A stretch of DNA of 64,000 nt from an uncultured Planctomycetaceae bacterium (GCA_963815195.1 CAWFGE010000015.1:160001-224000), one strand, 5' to 3'. Positions 1-12,327 are shown, counted from the first letter of the stretch. The notes: a model not told the origin generated them from the sequence alone. Numbers and translations: made by a program.

Positions 1-15
1 GACCGCTTCGACACG

Positions 16-2157
16 GTGCTGGAATCCGGCCGGCGAATCGCCACCGGCCTCACCGAATCGAGCATCTATCAAGAAACCTGCTCGGCGGCGTGCCGACTGC
101 TGCGGGTGCATCATGGCGTGATTCTCGAAGTTCAACCGGATCGGCCCGCGTCGCAATGGAATACGCTCGCGGGGACCCTCGACTGGCGGATTTCCGAATC
201 CTTGGTGAAGCAATCCCTCGAAGACCTGCGTTCGCTGGCGGCCCAAGATTCCGGTTTGGAAGCGGACAGTTCCCCGGCCGCGGGCTTTCTGGAGCGTTCC
301 GCGCTCTGCGCGCCGCTGTATCTCCGCGGGAGAGCCGTTGCGTGCCTGTATGTCATGCATCCCGAAGTTCGCGGGTTGTTTGGACGCGACGAGGAACGGC
401 TTGCGGATTTTCTGGCGACGATCGCAGGGGCGGCTTTGGAAAACGCCGAAGGCTTCGCCGAGCTTCAAAACTTGAACACCACTCTGGAAGAACGCGTGGC
501 GGAGCGAACCGCCGCCGCGGAGGCCCGCTCGCACGAACTCGCGGTCTCCAACCAGGAGTTGGAGCGCACCGCCCAGGAGTTGCGGCAGGCCCAGATTCAA
601 TTGTCGGCCTCCAAACAAGCCGCGGAAGCCGCGAGCGAAGCGAAGAGCCGATTCCTCGCAACGATGAGCCATGAAATCCGCACGCCCATGAACGGCATTT
701 TGGGCATGGCCGAGTTGACGCTGGGCACGCGTTTGACGGATCGGCAGCAAGGGTATCTTGTGACGCTGAAGGACTCCGCGAACGCGCTTCTCACGTTGCT
801 CAACGATTTGTTGGACTTCTCGAAGATCGAAGCCGGGAAAATGGATTTGGAAGCGATCGACTACTCGCTGCGGGATGTCGTTTTGGATTCGGCCCGGCTG
901 CTGGCGATTTCCGCCGGCCGGAAGGGGCTCGATCTGATCTGCCGAATCGAGCCCGACGTTCCGACCCAGGTGGTTGGCGATCCGAACCGGTTGCGGCAGG
1001 TGCTCGTCAATCTGTTGGGCAACGCGATCAAATTCACGCCGGAAGGCGAAGTGGCCGTTCACGCGGCCGCCGTCAAGGATGTTGACGGCCAACGCCGGCT
1101 GCGGATTTCCGTGCGGGATACGGGAATCGGCATCCCTGCCGACAAACAGCAATGGATTTTTGAAGCGTTCCATCAAACCGACAGCTCGGTCACGCGGCGG
1201 TTCGGCGGCACGGGGCTGGGATTGGCGATCTGCTCGCAGTTGATCCAGTTGATGGACGGCTCGATCTGCCTGGAAAGCGCGGAGGGGCAGGGAACCGTGT
1301 TTTATGTGGACATCCCCTTGGCATTGCCCGCCGACTGCGACTTGCCCGCGATCGGCAAACCACCCGCCGCGGATCGGCCGATCCTGGTTGTTTCCGATCA
1401 TCCGGAAAGCCGGCTCGCGCTTTGTGAAAGCCTCGATTATCTGGGCCTGCCCTGTGAGATACTTGCCGAGGTGGAAGCGATTCGGGCCACGGACCGTCGT
1501 TCGATTTTGCTGGTGGATGTCGGCATTCACGCGCAGCCGATGCTCGATCGGATCATGGCGAGAGTTTTTGACGGCTCGAACGACCCGGAAGACCTGATTT
1601 GTTTGCTCCCCGCGGGCCGGTCGGAATTGATTGCCGAATGCGAAGCGCTTGCGGTCGAGCACGTTTTGACCAAGCCGGTCAAGCCGGCGGAACTCGAGCA
1701 AGCGATTCGGAGCGTCTTGGACCGATCCACGTCGGCGGTACAGATTGAAGCGGCCGATTCAGAGAGCGAGCCGTCGGCCCTGCGGATTCTGGTCGCGGAC
1801 GACAGCCCGGTGAACCGCGACGTCGCGATGGGAATGCTCGAGCTTTGCGGCCATAGCGTGCAGGCGGTCGTGAACGGCGCCGAAGCCGTGCAAGCGGTCC
1901 GCGAGAACAATTGGGATTTGGTGTTTATGGATTTGGAAATGCCGGTGATGGACGGCCTCGCCGCGACGCGGGCCATTCGCCAGTTGCCGGATTCCAAGGC
2001 GGAAACGCCCATCTATGCGATGACGGCCCACGCCCTCGAGGAAACGAATCAACAATGCGTGGATGCGGGCATGGACGGGTACATCACCAAGCCCATCATG
2101 CCCGACCAGTTGTTGGAATTGCTCGCCGGCCTAGTCTGTACGGGCGCTAAAGGCTGA
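16..2157 (+). CDS. Hybrid sensor histidine kinase/response regulator (GAF-coiled coil-HisKA-HATPase-degenerate REC-REC); N-terminus lies outside the window
   Basis: H-box [16 protein letters not shown]-box [11 protein letters not shown]1 DTGIGI, G2 GGTGLGL; C-terminal REC LVADDS...[14 protein letters not shown]...KP; frame is open from the window edge. Confidence 0.93.
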   Translation: MLESGRRIATGLTESSIYQETCSAACRLLRVHHGVILEVQPDRPASQWNTLAGTLDWRISESLVKQSLEDLRSLAAQDSGLEADSSPAAGFLERSALCAPLYLRGRAVACLYVMHPEVRGLFGRDEERLADFLATIAGAALENAEGFAELQNLNTTLEERVAERTAAAEARSHELAVSNQELERTAQELRQAQIQLSASKQAAEAASEAKSRFLATMSHEIRTPMNGILGMAELTLGTRLTDRQQGYLVTLKDSANALLTLLNDLLDFSKIEAGKMDLEAIDYSLRDVVLDSARLLAISAGRKGLDLICRIEPDVPTQVVGDPNRLRQVLVNLLGNAIKFTPEGEVAVHAAAVKDVDGQRRLRISVRDTGIGIPADKQQWIFEAFHQTDSSVTRRFGGTGLGLAICSQLIQLMDGSICLESAEGQGTVFYVDIPLALPADCDLPAIGKPPAADRPILVVSDHPESRLALCESLDYLGLPCEILAEVEAIRATDRRSILLVDVGIHAQPMLDRIMARVFDGSNDPEDLICLLPAGRSELIAECEALAVEHVLTKPVKPAELEQAIRSVLDRSTSAVQIEAADSESEPSALRILVADDSPVNRDVAMGMLELCGHSVQAVVNGAEAVQAVRENNWDLVFMDLEMPVMDGLAATRAIRQLPDSKAETPIYAMTAHALEETNQQCVDAGMDGYITKPIMPDQLLELLAGLVCTGAKG

Positions 2158-2416
2158 ACAATCGACGTCAAGGCAATGTGCAGTGCTTTTGCAGATGGCG
2201 ATAAAACGCAAGGACTTCATGCCAAGCGGTCGGCCCCATTTTCCGCGATCTGGATCTTTCGGCCAACCACCAATCGAGCCATCTTCCGGTGTCTGCGAGC
2301 GCGCAGCGCACCCCTAAAAATGGTAAACAGGGCATGCAAACCGCGGATGAGCCGAGTCTCTGCTCGTAAACCCCTTTCACCATGGCCTTCGTCCGGACGT
2401 GGTTCAGTCCACTGCT

Positions 2417-3001
2417 CTAATGAGTGGCACGCATGTGGGAATTGGCATCAATCCGGCCGAAGATTTTTGAGATGAAGGATCGTTCGGCAAGCGACAATGC
2501 CACCTGACGGAAATAGTGTCCCAATCGCCCTCCTAAGTGCTTGAGGATCATCAATGAGACGACCGTAACCACGGTGAAAGAGAGTATGAACGAAGTTAGG
2601 ACCACTTGTTCCAGGATTTTGACATGCGCCCGGCGTCTGATGGAAATCAGTTCGTCGCGCACTTCAGGTGTGAGTTGATCAATCGCCGCATTCCAATGTT
2701 GCCTGTATTCCGTCGCCATATCTTGTGCGATTTGCGTGCGACCGAAAAGATCGAAGAGGACCACATCGCAGAGCCCGTAACGATGACCAAACTGAATCAT
2801 CCCGTTGATCGTATCTCTCAACATCTTGTAGGCCGGATCGTCAAACGCAATCCGCTCATCAAGAGCTAAGTCGAAAAGTTCGTCCCGCAACGCAAAGAGG
2901 GATTGTCGGACCTTATCGAGACGGTAATCCCTATAGAAGAAGAAATACAGGCACCAGATACCGGCGATAGAGATCAGTGTTTGAATCGCAATGGGAGTCA
3001 T
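2417..3001 (-). CDS. Hypothetical membrane protein (N-terminal and C-terminal hydrophobic helices)
   Basis: 194-aa ORF; 4-nt ATGA overlap with the upstream gene; visibly AT-richer than flanking genes. Confidence 0.75.
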   Translation of the reverse strand: MTPIAIQTLISIAGIWCLYFFFYRDYRLDKVRQSLFALRDELFDLALDERIAFDDPAYKMLRDTINGMIQFGHRYGLCDVVLFDLFGRTQIAQDMATEYRQHWNAAIDQLTPEVRDELISIRRRAHVKILEQVVLTSFILSFTVVTVVSLMILKHLGGRLGHYFRQVALSLAERSFISKIFGRIDANSHMRATH

Positions 3002-3420
3002 GGCTTGTCACCTGGGTTTGTCCGGCCGCGCGAGGTAAGATTGCTTGAGGTTCGATTTGGGTCGACGGCCTTCTCTAATTGTCGGTTTCGTTCTTGAAGG
3101 CGTTCAATGGTGTCGTGTCGTAATTTCCGTTGGCTCCAACCATAGCCTATCCCTCCAGTTCCGAATATCCAGGCCACCGCCTCGCTGATCCTAATGTTGG
3201 CCAACAACTTCATACCGATTCCAATGTCGGCAACGGTTGTTTTTCCAGCCAGTGAATCGACGATAAGAAATATCAGATAAAAGATGATGCACAAACCCAT
3301 CCAGGGCACAGCATTATTTGCGACGCCAGCCCACGCTACAGCCTTTTGTTGTTGGATGATAGTTTTGAGTCGTGCATTCTCGACCTTCAACTCGGTTGGC
3401 GTGGGTTTCTTCTTTGACAT
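2998..3420 (-). CDS. Hypothetical small membrane protein (2 TM, short coiled-coil-like termini)
   Basis: 140-aa ORF with two hydrophobic stretches; translationally coupled to 2417..3001. Confidence 0.7.
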   Translation of the reverse strand: MSKKKPTPTELKVENARLKTIIQQQKAVAWAGVANNAVPWMGLCIIFYLIFLIVDSLAGKTTVADIGIGMKLLANIRISEAVAWIFGTGGIGYGWSQRKLRHDTIERLQERNRQLEKAVDPNRTSSNLTSRGRTNPGDKP

Positions 3421-3570
3421 TTGGAGCTTTCTTTGTGTGCCTCACGTCGCTCGTTAACATCTCCTCTAATATACACGTACAGTTATATTATGTCCACACT
3501 CCCACTGAGATTTCAGGGAATCCGCACTGTCCCCGCGAGCCGGCTTGCTCGCCATTGTTGAAACTGGACA

Positions 3571-5444
3571 TCACGCGTCCAACTCGACGACGGGCAATCG
3601 CTCTTCCTGGATTTTCTGGGCCGATTCGGGATCGACATAGTCGCTGTGGCAGGCGGCTTTCTCGCCATCTTCGGGCTGCATGCCGGCTTTGGTTTTGCTG
3701 GCGAGCTTGTGGATTTGATCCGGGGAAAGCACGCCTCGCTTTTCCAGAATCGCCTTTTGCTCTTCCGACAGGGCGGTCGTGACTTTGGCCTTGTCCCATT
3801 GGTAGCCGGCGTCTTTGCCCGAGGCAAATTCCACGATCTCTTTCGAGATCCGCACGCTGCACCAATCGTGCCCGCACATGGCGCAGAAATCCGTGTCCAC
3901 GTCCAGGTCTTCATCGTGATAGGCCCGCGCGGTGTCCGGATCGAAACTCAGCTCGAAATGCTTTTCCCAATTGAGCGCGGCCCGGGCTTTGGTCAGTTCG
4001 TCGTCGCGGTCCCGGGTGCCGGGGATTCCCAAGGCGACATCCGCGGCGTGGGCGGCGATCTTATACGCAATGCAGCCCTGCTTCACATCGTCCTTCTTCG
4101 GAAGGCCCAGGTGCTCCTTGGGCGTGACGTAGCAGAGCATGCTCGCCCCGTGATAGGCGGCGTTCGTGGCGCCGATGCAACTCGTGATATGATCGTAGCC
4201 GGGAAAAATGTCCGTCACCAACGGTCCTAAAACATAAAACGGCGCTCCGTGGCAGAGCTGGCGTTCGAGCTTCATGTTGTATTCGATTTGATCGAGCGGC
4301 ACGTGGCCGGGGCCTTCGATCATCACCTGCACGCCTTTTCGCCAGGCCCGCTCGGTGAGTTCGCCCAAGGTTTGGAGCTCGGCGAGCTGAGCCTGATCGG
4401 TCGCATCGGCCAGTCCGCCGGGCCGGAGACCATCGCCGATGGAAAACGTCACATCGTATTCCCGCATCACGTCGCAAATGTCTTCCCAGAGCGTGTACAT
4501 GGGATTTTGCTGACGGTGATGGATCATCCACTTCGCCAAAAGCGAACCGCCGCGGCTGACGATGCCGATCAAGCGGTCCTTCACATAGGGCAGATGCTCT
4601 TGGAGGACGCCGGCGTGGATGGTGAAGTAGTCCACGCCTTGGCGGGCCTGATGGCGGAGCGATGTGAGGATCATCTCGGCGTCGAGGTCTTCGATCCGGC
4701 GGCCGATGATCATGGAATAGATGGGCACGGTGCCGATGGGCACGGTGCTGTTTTGCACGAGGGCTTCCCGGCATTCATCGAGGTTCCCGCCGGTGGAGAA
4801 ATCCATCACCGTGTCTGCACCCAGCGTTCGGCCCAGCGGAGTTTTTCGATTTCCTCCAAGGTGCCGGACGACACCGGCGAAGCCCCCATGTTGGCGTTGA
4901 CCTTGGTCTTGGACGCCCGGCCGATGCACATGGGGTCGAGATGATGGGCCAGGTGGACTTTGTTGGCGGGAATCACCATGCGCCCGGCGGCGACCTCGTC
5001 GCGAACTTGCTCGGGGGTCAAATGCGATTCACGTTCGGCGACGCGCTCCATTTGCGGCGTGACGAAACCCAGCCGGGCGTGCTCGAGCTGCGTGATCGGA
5101 TCGAAGTCGGCCGGGAACGACACCCGGCGGTAGGTCCCGTCCCCTTGTTGGAATACGAGGCATTTCAAGTGGCCGTTGGAGGATTCCGCATCGTCCGGGA
5201 CATTCGGGCCGAGATCTTCCGTCTCCCAACCTTCGGGCAGGAAGTCCCAAGCGGTTTTGTCCGAAGGTGCAGGCATGCCCGGCGCATCGGGTGAGGAAAA
5301 CGTCAACCGCCCCCGCACGTCTGGAGCGATTTGCGGGGTCCGGGCGAAACTGCCCGGCGTGGTGCCGGCGTTTTGGGAAGAGGGGTTGCTGCCCAATCCG
5401 GGCAGAGCATATTCGCGGCCGGCTTGTGACGGGTGCTGATTCAT
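3571..5444 (-). CDS. thiC: Phosphomethylpyrimidine synthase ThiC, split by one frameshift at ~4820 (probable sequencing error)
   Basis: [43 protein letters not shown] and Fe-S motif CAMCGHDWC; one missing G in TGGG(G)T joins ORFs 4806..5444 and 3571..4929. Confidence 0.95.
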
Positions 5445-5510
5445 GGCGTCATCCTCTCGGGCATGGTTCCATCAATGGACTATTGAATCGGACATTCCTA
5501 ACATCCCTGT

Positions 5511-5538
5511 ATCGTAGTTGGTCCGCCCGTAAATGCAA
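5511..5538 (-). promoter_or_regulatory. Putative sigma70 promoter of thiC
   Basis: TTGCAT-16 nt-TACGAT on the minus strand, ~65 nt upstream of the ATG at 5444. Confidence 0.5.
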
Positions 5539-5632
5539 CAAGCCTTGCGGGAGGCCGGCTTTCGATTTTTAGGCCGAGCCCGCCCCAAGGCGACAGTTCG
5601 GATGATTCCCGGTCCCTGCGGATGGCCAGCGC

Positions 5633-6586
5633 ATGATTGTCAAAGAACATACTTCCTGGATGCGGCTGTTGTTTTCGATCCGCGGAAGCAGCCTGGCCCA
5701 CACATGGAAACGTATGGTGTTCGTGTTTGCGGTCTCCATTTTCGCGACGGCGTATTATGAATACACCGAAATCAATCACATCCCGCTCTATTCGTTGACC
5801 CCGCTGCCGTTCACGTTGATCGGTCTGGCGGTCAGTATCTTTTTGGGGTTTCGGAACAACGAAAGCTACGACCGGTTCTGGGAAGGCCGGCAGTTATGGG
5901 GACGCATGGTCAACGTCTGCCGGAGTTACGCCCGCCAGGTGTTGACCCTCGCCAATGCTCCGGCGGACGATCCGGAGGCCACTGCCGCCTGCGGCCGGTT
6001 CCAGCGGGATATGATCTTCCGCACGATCGCCTACCAGCACGCGTTCCGCTGCCAACTCCGCGGGGACGATCCCTTTCCCAATATCGCTCGGTTTGTGGAG
6101 GAGAACGAAATCCTCCCATACCGCAGGCATCAGAATGTGGCGGTGGCGATGTTGCAGGCGATGGGAGAACGCCTCCGCTGGGCCTGGCAGCAAGGCTGGA
6201 TTCACGATTTCCACCTGCCCGTGCTAGAGGCGAGTCTCACGGAAATGACGTCGGTCCAGGGCGGTTGCGAGCGGATCAAATCCACGCCCATTCCGTATGC
6301 CTATACGGTGCTCATTCACCGGATCGTCGGGTTTTATTGCCTGACGCTTCCCTTCGGCATCGTGGCAGAGGTCCGCGAGATGACGCCCCTTGTGACGCTC
6401 CTCATTGCCCATGCCTTTTTGGGATTGGATGCAATTGGTGATGAAATCGAGGAACCGTTCGGCAAGCACGCCAACGACCTGCCCTTGGATTCCATCACTC
6501 GGACCATCGAAATCAACCTCCTTGAGATTGCGGGCGAGGAATCGGTTCCCGATCCGCTCCCGTCCCAGGATGGGCTTCTCTTGTAG
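5633..6586 (+). CDS. Bestrophin family (YneE-like) anion channel
   Basis: IFLGFRNNESYDRFWEGRQLWG, GGCERIKSTPIPYAY, EIEEPFG..NDLPLD. Confidence 0.92.
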   Translation: MIVKEHTSWMRLLFSIRGSSLAHTWKRMVFVFAVSIFATAYYEYTEINHIPLYSLTPLPFTLIGLAVSIFLGFRNNESYDRFWEGRQLWGRMVNVCRSYARQVLTLANAPADDPEATAACGRFQRDMIFRTIAYQHAFRCQLRGDDPFPNIARFVEENEILPYRRHQNVAVAMLQAMGERLRWAWQQGWIHDFHLPVLEASLTEMTSVQGGCERIKSTPIPYAYTVLIHRIVGFYCLTLPFGIVAEVREMTPLVTLLIAHAFLGLDAIGDEIEEPFGKHANDLPLDSITRTIEINLLEIAGEESVPDPLPSQDGLLL

Positions 6587-6735
6587 CGCCGCACGCGGCC
6601 GTTTCGCCACATACTCTGGATCACAGCGAACGCTGCTAATAAGGAACACCGCCCGATGCGGGTTTGGGATTTTCCCGCATTGGGACATTGCGCCTCTCGA
6701 CGATAATGAAATCTCAGTCGTTCCAAAAAAGGCGA

Positions 6736-6804
6736 GAGCCGCGCACGAAGTAAGCGGTCTTGCGATCTCTGAATTCAAAAAACCGCTTACTTCGTGCGCG
6801 GCTC
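6736..6804. repeat. REP-like inverted pair (family C), perfect 23-bp stem
   Basis: GAGCCGCGCACGAAGTAAGCGGT (6736-6758) / ACCGCTTACTTCGTGCGCGGCTC (6782-6804). Confidence 0.85.
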
Positions 6805-6831
6805 GAAAGAAACCGAAGAACGAGGTGCAGC

Positions 6832-8133
6832 GTGCAGCCGCGGATCAACGCATCGCCGGGAGCCAACCACACCGCGGAAGCGGGCCGGCGGGTGTTGGCC
6901 GGGGGAGAGCCTAAAAAAAATCTCTGGGCGAGGCTTTGGCCGTTTTTGGGGCCGGCGTTTGTCGCAAGCGTGGCCTACATCGATCCCGGCAACTTCGCCA
7001 CCAACATCCAAGGCGGGGCGAAGTTCGGCTATACGCTGCTGTGGGTGATCCTGCTCAGCAATTTGATGGCGATGCTGATTCAGATGGCGTCGGCGAAACT
7101 GGGCATCGCCAGCGGAATGAACCTCGCCGAGCAATGCCGGGAGCATCTGCCGGAGTGGGCGATTTATCCCATGTGGGTCTTGATGGAACTCGTGGCGATG
7201 GCGACCGACCTCGCCGAGTTCCTGGGGGCGGCCTTGGGGTTCAATCTGCTGTTGGGAATCCCGCTGTTTCCCGCCGGGTTATTGACGGCGGCGGCGACGT
7301 TTTTGGTATTGGGCCTCGAACGGTTCGGGTTTCGGCCGCTGGAAGCGGTCATCGGTTCGCTGGTGGGCATTGTCGCGGTTTGTTATCTGATCGAGACGGT
7401 GTGGGATCGGCCGGATTGGGGGAATGTCGCTTATCACGCCGTTGTCCCGCAGTTCCAAGGTTCGGAAAGCATTCTGTTGGCGACGGGAATCCTCGGGGCG
7501 ACGGTCATGCCGCACGCCATTTTTTTGCACTCGGCCCTCACGCAAAACCGGATCGTCGTTCGCGATCCGGTGCAGCTCAGGCGGCTGTTTCGCTTTGAGC
7601 TTTTGGATGTCTTGATCGCCATGTCGATCGCCGGGCTGGTCAACGCCGCGATGCTCGTGATGGCCGCTGCGACCTTTTTTCAACAGGGGTTGACCGGCAT
7701 CGGCACGATCGAAGAAGCCCACCGCACGCTGGAACCGCTGTTGGGAGCCGCGGCGAGTTGGGTCTTCGCCATTTCACTTCTCGCGTCGGGGCTGTCGTCC
7801 TCATCGGTGGGCACAATGTCCGGGCAGGTCATCATGCAGGGCTTTTTGCACTGGCACATTCCGGTGTGGATCCGGCGGTTGGTGACGATGCTCCCCTCGC
7901 TGATCGTGATCGCGCTGGGTCTCGATACCACTTACGTCCTGGTGCTCAGCCAGGTCGCGCTGAGTTTCGGATTGCCGTTTGCCATCATCCCCTTAGTGGT
8001 CTTCACCAGCCGCAAAAGCATCATGGGCGTGTTGGTCAACCGCCGATTGACGACGGTGCTGCTCGCGGCCTCGGCGGTGCTGATTGTGTTGTTGAATGGA
8101 TTTCTGGTGTATCAAACGATTTTTGGAATCTGA
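6832..8133 (+). CDS. mntH: Nramp family divalent metal (Mn2+/Fe2+) transporter
   Basis: AYIDPGN and GATVMPH signature motifs, GQVIMQGF; GTG start at 6832 preceded by GAGGTG. Confidence 0.93.
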   Translation: MQPRINASPGANHTAEAGRRVLAGGEPKKNLWARLWPFLGPAFVASVAYIDPGNFATNIQGGAKFGYTLLWVILLSNLMAMLIQMASAKLGIASGMNLAEQCREHLPEWAIYPMWVLMELVAMATDLAEFLGAALGFNLLLGIPLFPAGLLTAAATFLVLGLERFGFRPLEAVIGSLVGIVAVCYLIETVWDRPDWGNVAYHAVVPQFQGSESILLATGILGATVMPHAIFLHSALTQNRIVVRDPVQLRRLFRFELLDVLIAMSIAGLVNAAMLVMAAATFFQQGLTGIGTIEEAHRTLEPLLGAAASWVFAISLLASGLSSSSVGTMSGQVIMQGFLHWHIPVWIRRLVTMLPSLIVIALGLDTTYVLVLSQVALSFGLPFAIIPLVVFTSRKSIMGVLVNRRLTTVLLAASAVLIVLLNGFLVYQTIFGI

Positions 8134-8164
8134 TCTCGATTTCTCAGAAGTGGTTAAAACGCGA

Positions 8165-8230
8165 GTGGCACACCCCTGAGCGTGGCGAACTGCCCGGACC
8201 ACGCCCTTCGTTCCTCAGGGCGTGCCACCC
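8165..8230. repeat. REP-like element (family B), left arm partly deleted
   Basis: 36-bp GACCACGCCCTTCGTTCCTCAGGGCGTGCCACCCAA at 8197-8232 is identical to 23935-23970. Confidence 0.85.
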
Positions 8231-8259
8231 AACGTCGAGTTTGTGCTGGAGGATTGCGT

Positions 8260-9180
8260 ATGTTTCGTCATTTGCTGGTTCCGCTCGACGGCTCGACGCT
8301 TGCCGAGGCGGTGATGCCCGCGGTGCGGCATTTCCGGGCGCTCGGTGCCAAGGTGACGCTGCTCCACATGCTCGAGCGGAAACCTCCGCGGGAAATTCAC
8401 GGCCAGCCCCATCTCGCCTCGGCGGACGAGGCCGAAACCTATTTGAAGGAACTCGCCGAGCGGACCTTGCCCGGCGGTCCGGTGCAGCATCATGTCCACA
8501 CCAGCAAGATCGACGATGTGGCCCGCAGCATTGCGGACCATGCGGAGGAACTGGACATCGACTTGATCGTCCTGTGCACGCACGGAGCCGGGGGCGTAAG
8601 GCACGCGGTGTTCGGGAGCGTCGCCCAGAGCGTGATCGCTTTGGGCACGATCCCGGTGTTATTGATCCCGGAAACGCGAAACGGCGGGGCGCGCGGCTTT
8701 GCCTGCGGAAACATTCTCGTCCCGCTGGACGGAAATCCCGACCACGAGCAGGGACTCGCCGCGGTGGCGAACCTCGATGATGAGTCCGGGGGCGAGGTGC
8801 GGTTGTTGATGGTCGTTCCCGATCGGCGCAGCCTCAATCAGTCATACCAGATCGCTTCGCGGACGCTGCCCGGCACCGTGGCCGAATGGCTCGATGCTTC
8901 CTGCAGCGCCGCCGAGGTTTACCTCGGCGAAAAAGTGGCCGGCCTCAAGTCCCCCGGCCGGGCCGTCTCCGCGGAGGTGGTCCGCGGCGAACCTGTGCGG
9001 GCGATCGTCCAGGCCGCTCAGGGGAATCGGACGGATCTGATCGTCCTGGGCACGCACGGCACGACGCATTTGAACGCCTTCTGGTCCGAAAGCGTGACTC
9101 CGCAGCTTCTGCGAAAATCGCGCCTGCCGCTCTTGCTCGTGCCCGTCGCGATCGGCCGATCAGGATCGTTCGAGAAATAA
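8260..9180 (+). CDS. Universal stress protein (two USP domains)
   Basis: LLVPLDGS...DLIVLCTHG...GSVAQSV and ILVPLDG...DLIVLGTHG; GGAGG SD before the ATG at 8260. Confidence 0.92.
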   Translation: MFRHLLVPLDGSTLAEAVMPAVRHFRALGAKVTLLHMLERKPPREIHGQPHLASADEAETYLKELAERTLPGGPVQHHVHTSKIDDVARSIADHAEELDIDLIVLCTHGAGGVRHAVFGSVAQSVIALGTIPVLLIPETRNGGARGFACGNILVPLDGNPDHEQGLAAVANLDDESGGEVRLLMVVPDRRSLNQSYQIASRTLPGTVAEWLDASCSAAEVYLGEKVAGLKSPGRAVSAEVVRGEPVRAIVQAAQGNRTDLIVLGTHGTTHLNAFWSESVTPQLLRKSRLPLLLVPVAIGRSGSFEK

Positions 9181-9181
9181 C

Positions 9182-9249
9182 TGAGCGGACTGGCGCTAGC
9201 CACCGGTTGGTGGAACGTCAAAAACCGGCGGCGAGCGCCGTGCCGCTCA
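9182..9249. repeat. REP-like inverted pair (family A)
   Basis: TGAGCGGACTGGCGCTAGCCACCGGTT / AACCGGCGGCGAGCGCCGTGCCGCTCA; homologous copies at 41533, 54801, 61609. Confidence 0.85.
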
Positions 9250-9260
9250 AATGTCGAGAT

Positions 9261-9650
9261 TCAAATCGCAATATCGAAGTTGTTGGGACCTTCTTTTGTC
9301 ACTTGTTTGGTGAGCGTGCTTTGCTCGTTGAATTTCGCCGGGATGGTTTCATCGCCGGCTTCTCCCGACATCTTGCTGATTTTGACGGTGTGCTTTCCAG
9401 GGACCGCGCCTTTGTGGTTGGGGGAGTAATCGAGCTCAAACTTCCCGTCGGCATCGGTCATGCCGCCGGAGCTTGGCCCTGTTTCGGGAAGGAACGTCAC
9501 GTTGGCTCCGTCGACCGGCTTGCCTGCCTGCGTCACCCGCCCGGTCACAGGAGCCAGGTCGGGAACATCAAGCGACTCGCCGCAACCGACGAAAAGGAAT
9601 GTGAGGACAATACAAGCGAAAAGAACCTTGGATGCTCGAATACAATTCAT
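9261..9650 (-). CDS. Lipoprotein with carboxypeptidase-regulatory-like (transthyretin-fold) domain, typical DUF1559 partner
   Basis: Lipobox FVG-C; PVTGRVT..GKPVDGANVTF.P, TDADGKFEL, GAVPGKHTVKI, IPAKFN. Confidence 0.85.
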   Translation of the reverse strand: MNCIRASKVLFACIVLTFLFVGCGESLDVPDLAPVTGRVTQAGKPVDGANVTFLPETGPSSGGMTDADGKFELDYSPNHKGAVPGKHTVKISKMSGEAGDETIPAKFNEQSTLTKQVTKEGPNNFDIAI

Positions 9651-9754
9651 GGGGAATCCCCCTTCAAAAAAATCGCAAAGAAAGGACCTTGGGACGCATG
9701 AACCGGGGCTAGCGCCCGGCGGCTGACGAATCGGACAGTTTTTCGAGAAATCAC

Positions 9755-10710
9755 CTAAAAATCGCCGGGGATGTCGCCGGCACCGATCGTCACCAGACGG
9801 GCGACGGTCGTGGCATTGATATTCTGGCTCAGGAAGCGGACCGAGCCGTCGCCCAGAAGCAGTTGGGCCCCGCCGGTGTGGGCGCTGCCCGCGGCCCAAG
9901 CATACGGTGTCGGCACCGGCGGTGCATTCGGAACATTGATGCCCCGGCGGGGAATGATGTACATCGTGTGGGCATATTGGTTCCAGAAGGGACCGTAACT
10001 CGCGCTAGTTTTTAGCATCGGAGTTTCGATCATCAGCATGGTGTTCGAGCTGCCGTCGCTGATATCGGCGATGCGGGCGGCCCCGTTGTGCCAAAACGCC
10101 GATCTGTTGGTAAAATTGGCTCCGGTTAAACCCGTGAAGTTTGCACCCAGTTGCTATTTTGTTCAATATCATAGCCCACGAAGCCGTAGTTGGTGCGGTG
10201 GGCTAGATTGAGCGAATACACGCCCGCCGCGGTGCTCGTTCGCGGCGTGTTGTAGGGTTGATCGGAAGGGCACACCAACACCGTGAGGGCCTGGTTGAGG
10301 GCCGCGGCGTTCGACCACGAGCCGTCCGTGGTGCGCGAGCAATTGGTGGAGTGCCGGGCCTGCCCGGCCGCCTTCGAGAAGTTGATCTGCTTGTAAATCG
10401 GGGTCTGATCCAGGAAGGGCAGCAACAGCATGTACCCGGTGTGGTTCATAATCGTCGCGGTCGAGGAAAGGTAGTTGTTGCAGTTCGCCGCGCCCGGATT
10501 GATCGTGGCGGGGACGAACATCTTGTGGGTTTCGTGGTAGTTGTGAAGTGCCACGCCCAACTGCTTCAGATTGTTTTTGCACTGGCTGCGGCGGGCGGCT
10601 TCGCGGGCTTGTTGCACGGCGGGCAGCAACAGGGCGATCAGAATTGCGATGATGGCGATCACCACCAGCAATTCGATCAAGGTAAACCCGCGCTTGAGCT
10701 TCTCTTTCAT
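9755..10710 (-). CDS. DUF1559 prepilin-type protein; frameshift at ~10147 (probable error)
   Basis: [53 protein letters not shown]-terminal [16 protein letters not shown]; one missing G in TGGG(G)T. Confidence 0.92.
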
Positions 10711-10865
10711 TCTGTTTCTCCTAGGATGGACGTAAAATAGAGCCGATTGCCCGGCATGAAAAAATGGAACAGTTCAAAACAAAATCGCTCTTCGGCGCTC
10801 GTGGCGACTCTGAAAGAGCGACTGTGTCGATTGGCAGGACATAATTTCGATGACGATTTCGGAGA

Positions 10866-11045
10866 TCATCTTCCCACGGCGGGATCGATTTCCCTAGCTT
10901 TTGTGTCGGTCGAGGGGTTTCCCTCCTCGGTCATGGCGGGATCGTCTTGGGACTTAGCATCCGTCGGTTGGCTGCCGCCGCAACCAAAAACGGTTAGCAC
11001 GGCGGCAAAAAAGATCAATGCCAATATGCGAAAACGGTTAATCAT
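10866..11045 (-). CDS. Small 59-aa lipoprotein (absent from the ORF track)
   Basis: Hand translation MINRFRILALIFFAAVLTVFG-CGGSQPTDAKSQDDPAMTEEGKPSTDTKAREIDPAVGR*; GGAG SD; lies directly downstream of a DUF1559 gene. Confidence 0.75.
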   Translation of the reverse strand: MINRFRILALIFFAAVLTVFGCGGSQPTDAKSQDDPAMTEEGNPSTDTKAREIDPAVGR

Positions 11046-11128
11046 GGAGAACTCCGCAGTTCAAAGGGAGTATCATCGCTCCGGTAAGACGTGTTTGCCG
11101 GCAACGCAGGGTGGATTATGAGCACGAG

Positions 11129-12163
<1,035 letters not shown>

Positions 12164-12327
12164 TCTGTTTTCCTCGAAATTAAGAAGGGGAAAAGGCACG
12201 AGAAAAGAGAAACCTTGAACCGGTTTGAGCGACCGGGTTCTATGATGGAATATCTCTGCGAGCGCAGATAAAGAATCTCAGGGATCCGCCAATTGCCGAA
12301 ACAAACCTTGGATGATTTCCTTTAGGG

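Noticed and set aside
3314..3460. 48-codon upstream ORF with GAGGAG SD overlapping the 140-aa gene start
   Set aside because: Cannot be distinguished from chance or from an indel-displaced true start; no protein features
6587..6831. Possible riboswitch in the mntH leader
   Set aside because: The only strong structure is a perfect REP-like doublet; no yybP-ykoY hallmarks are visible
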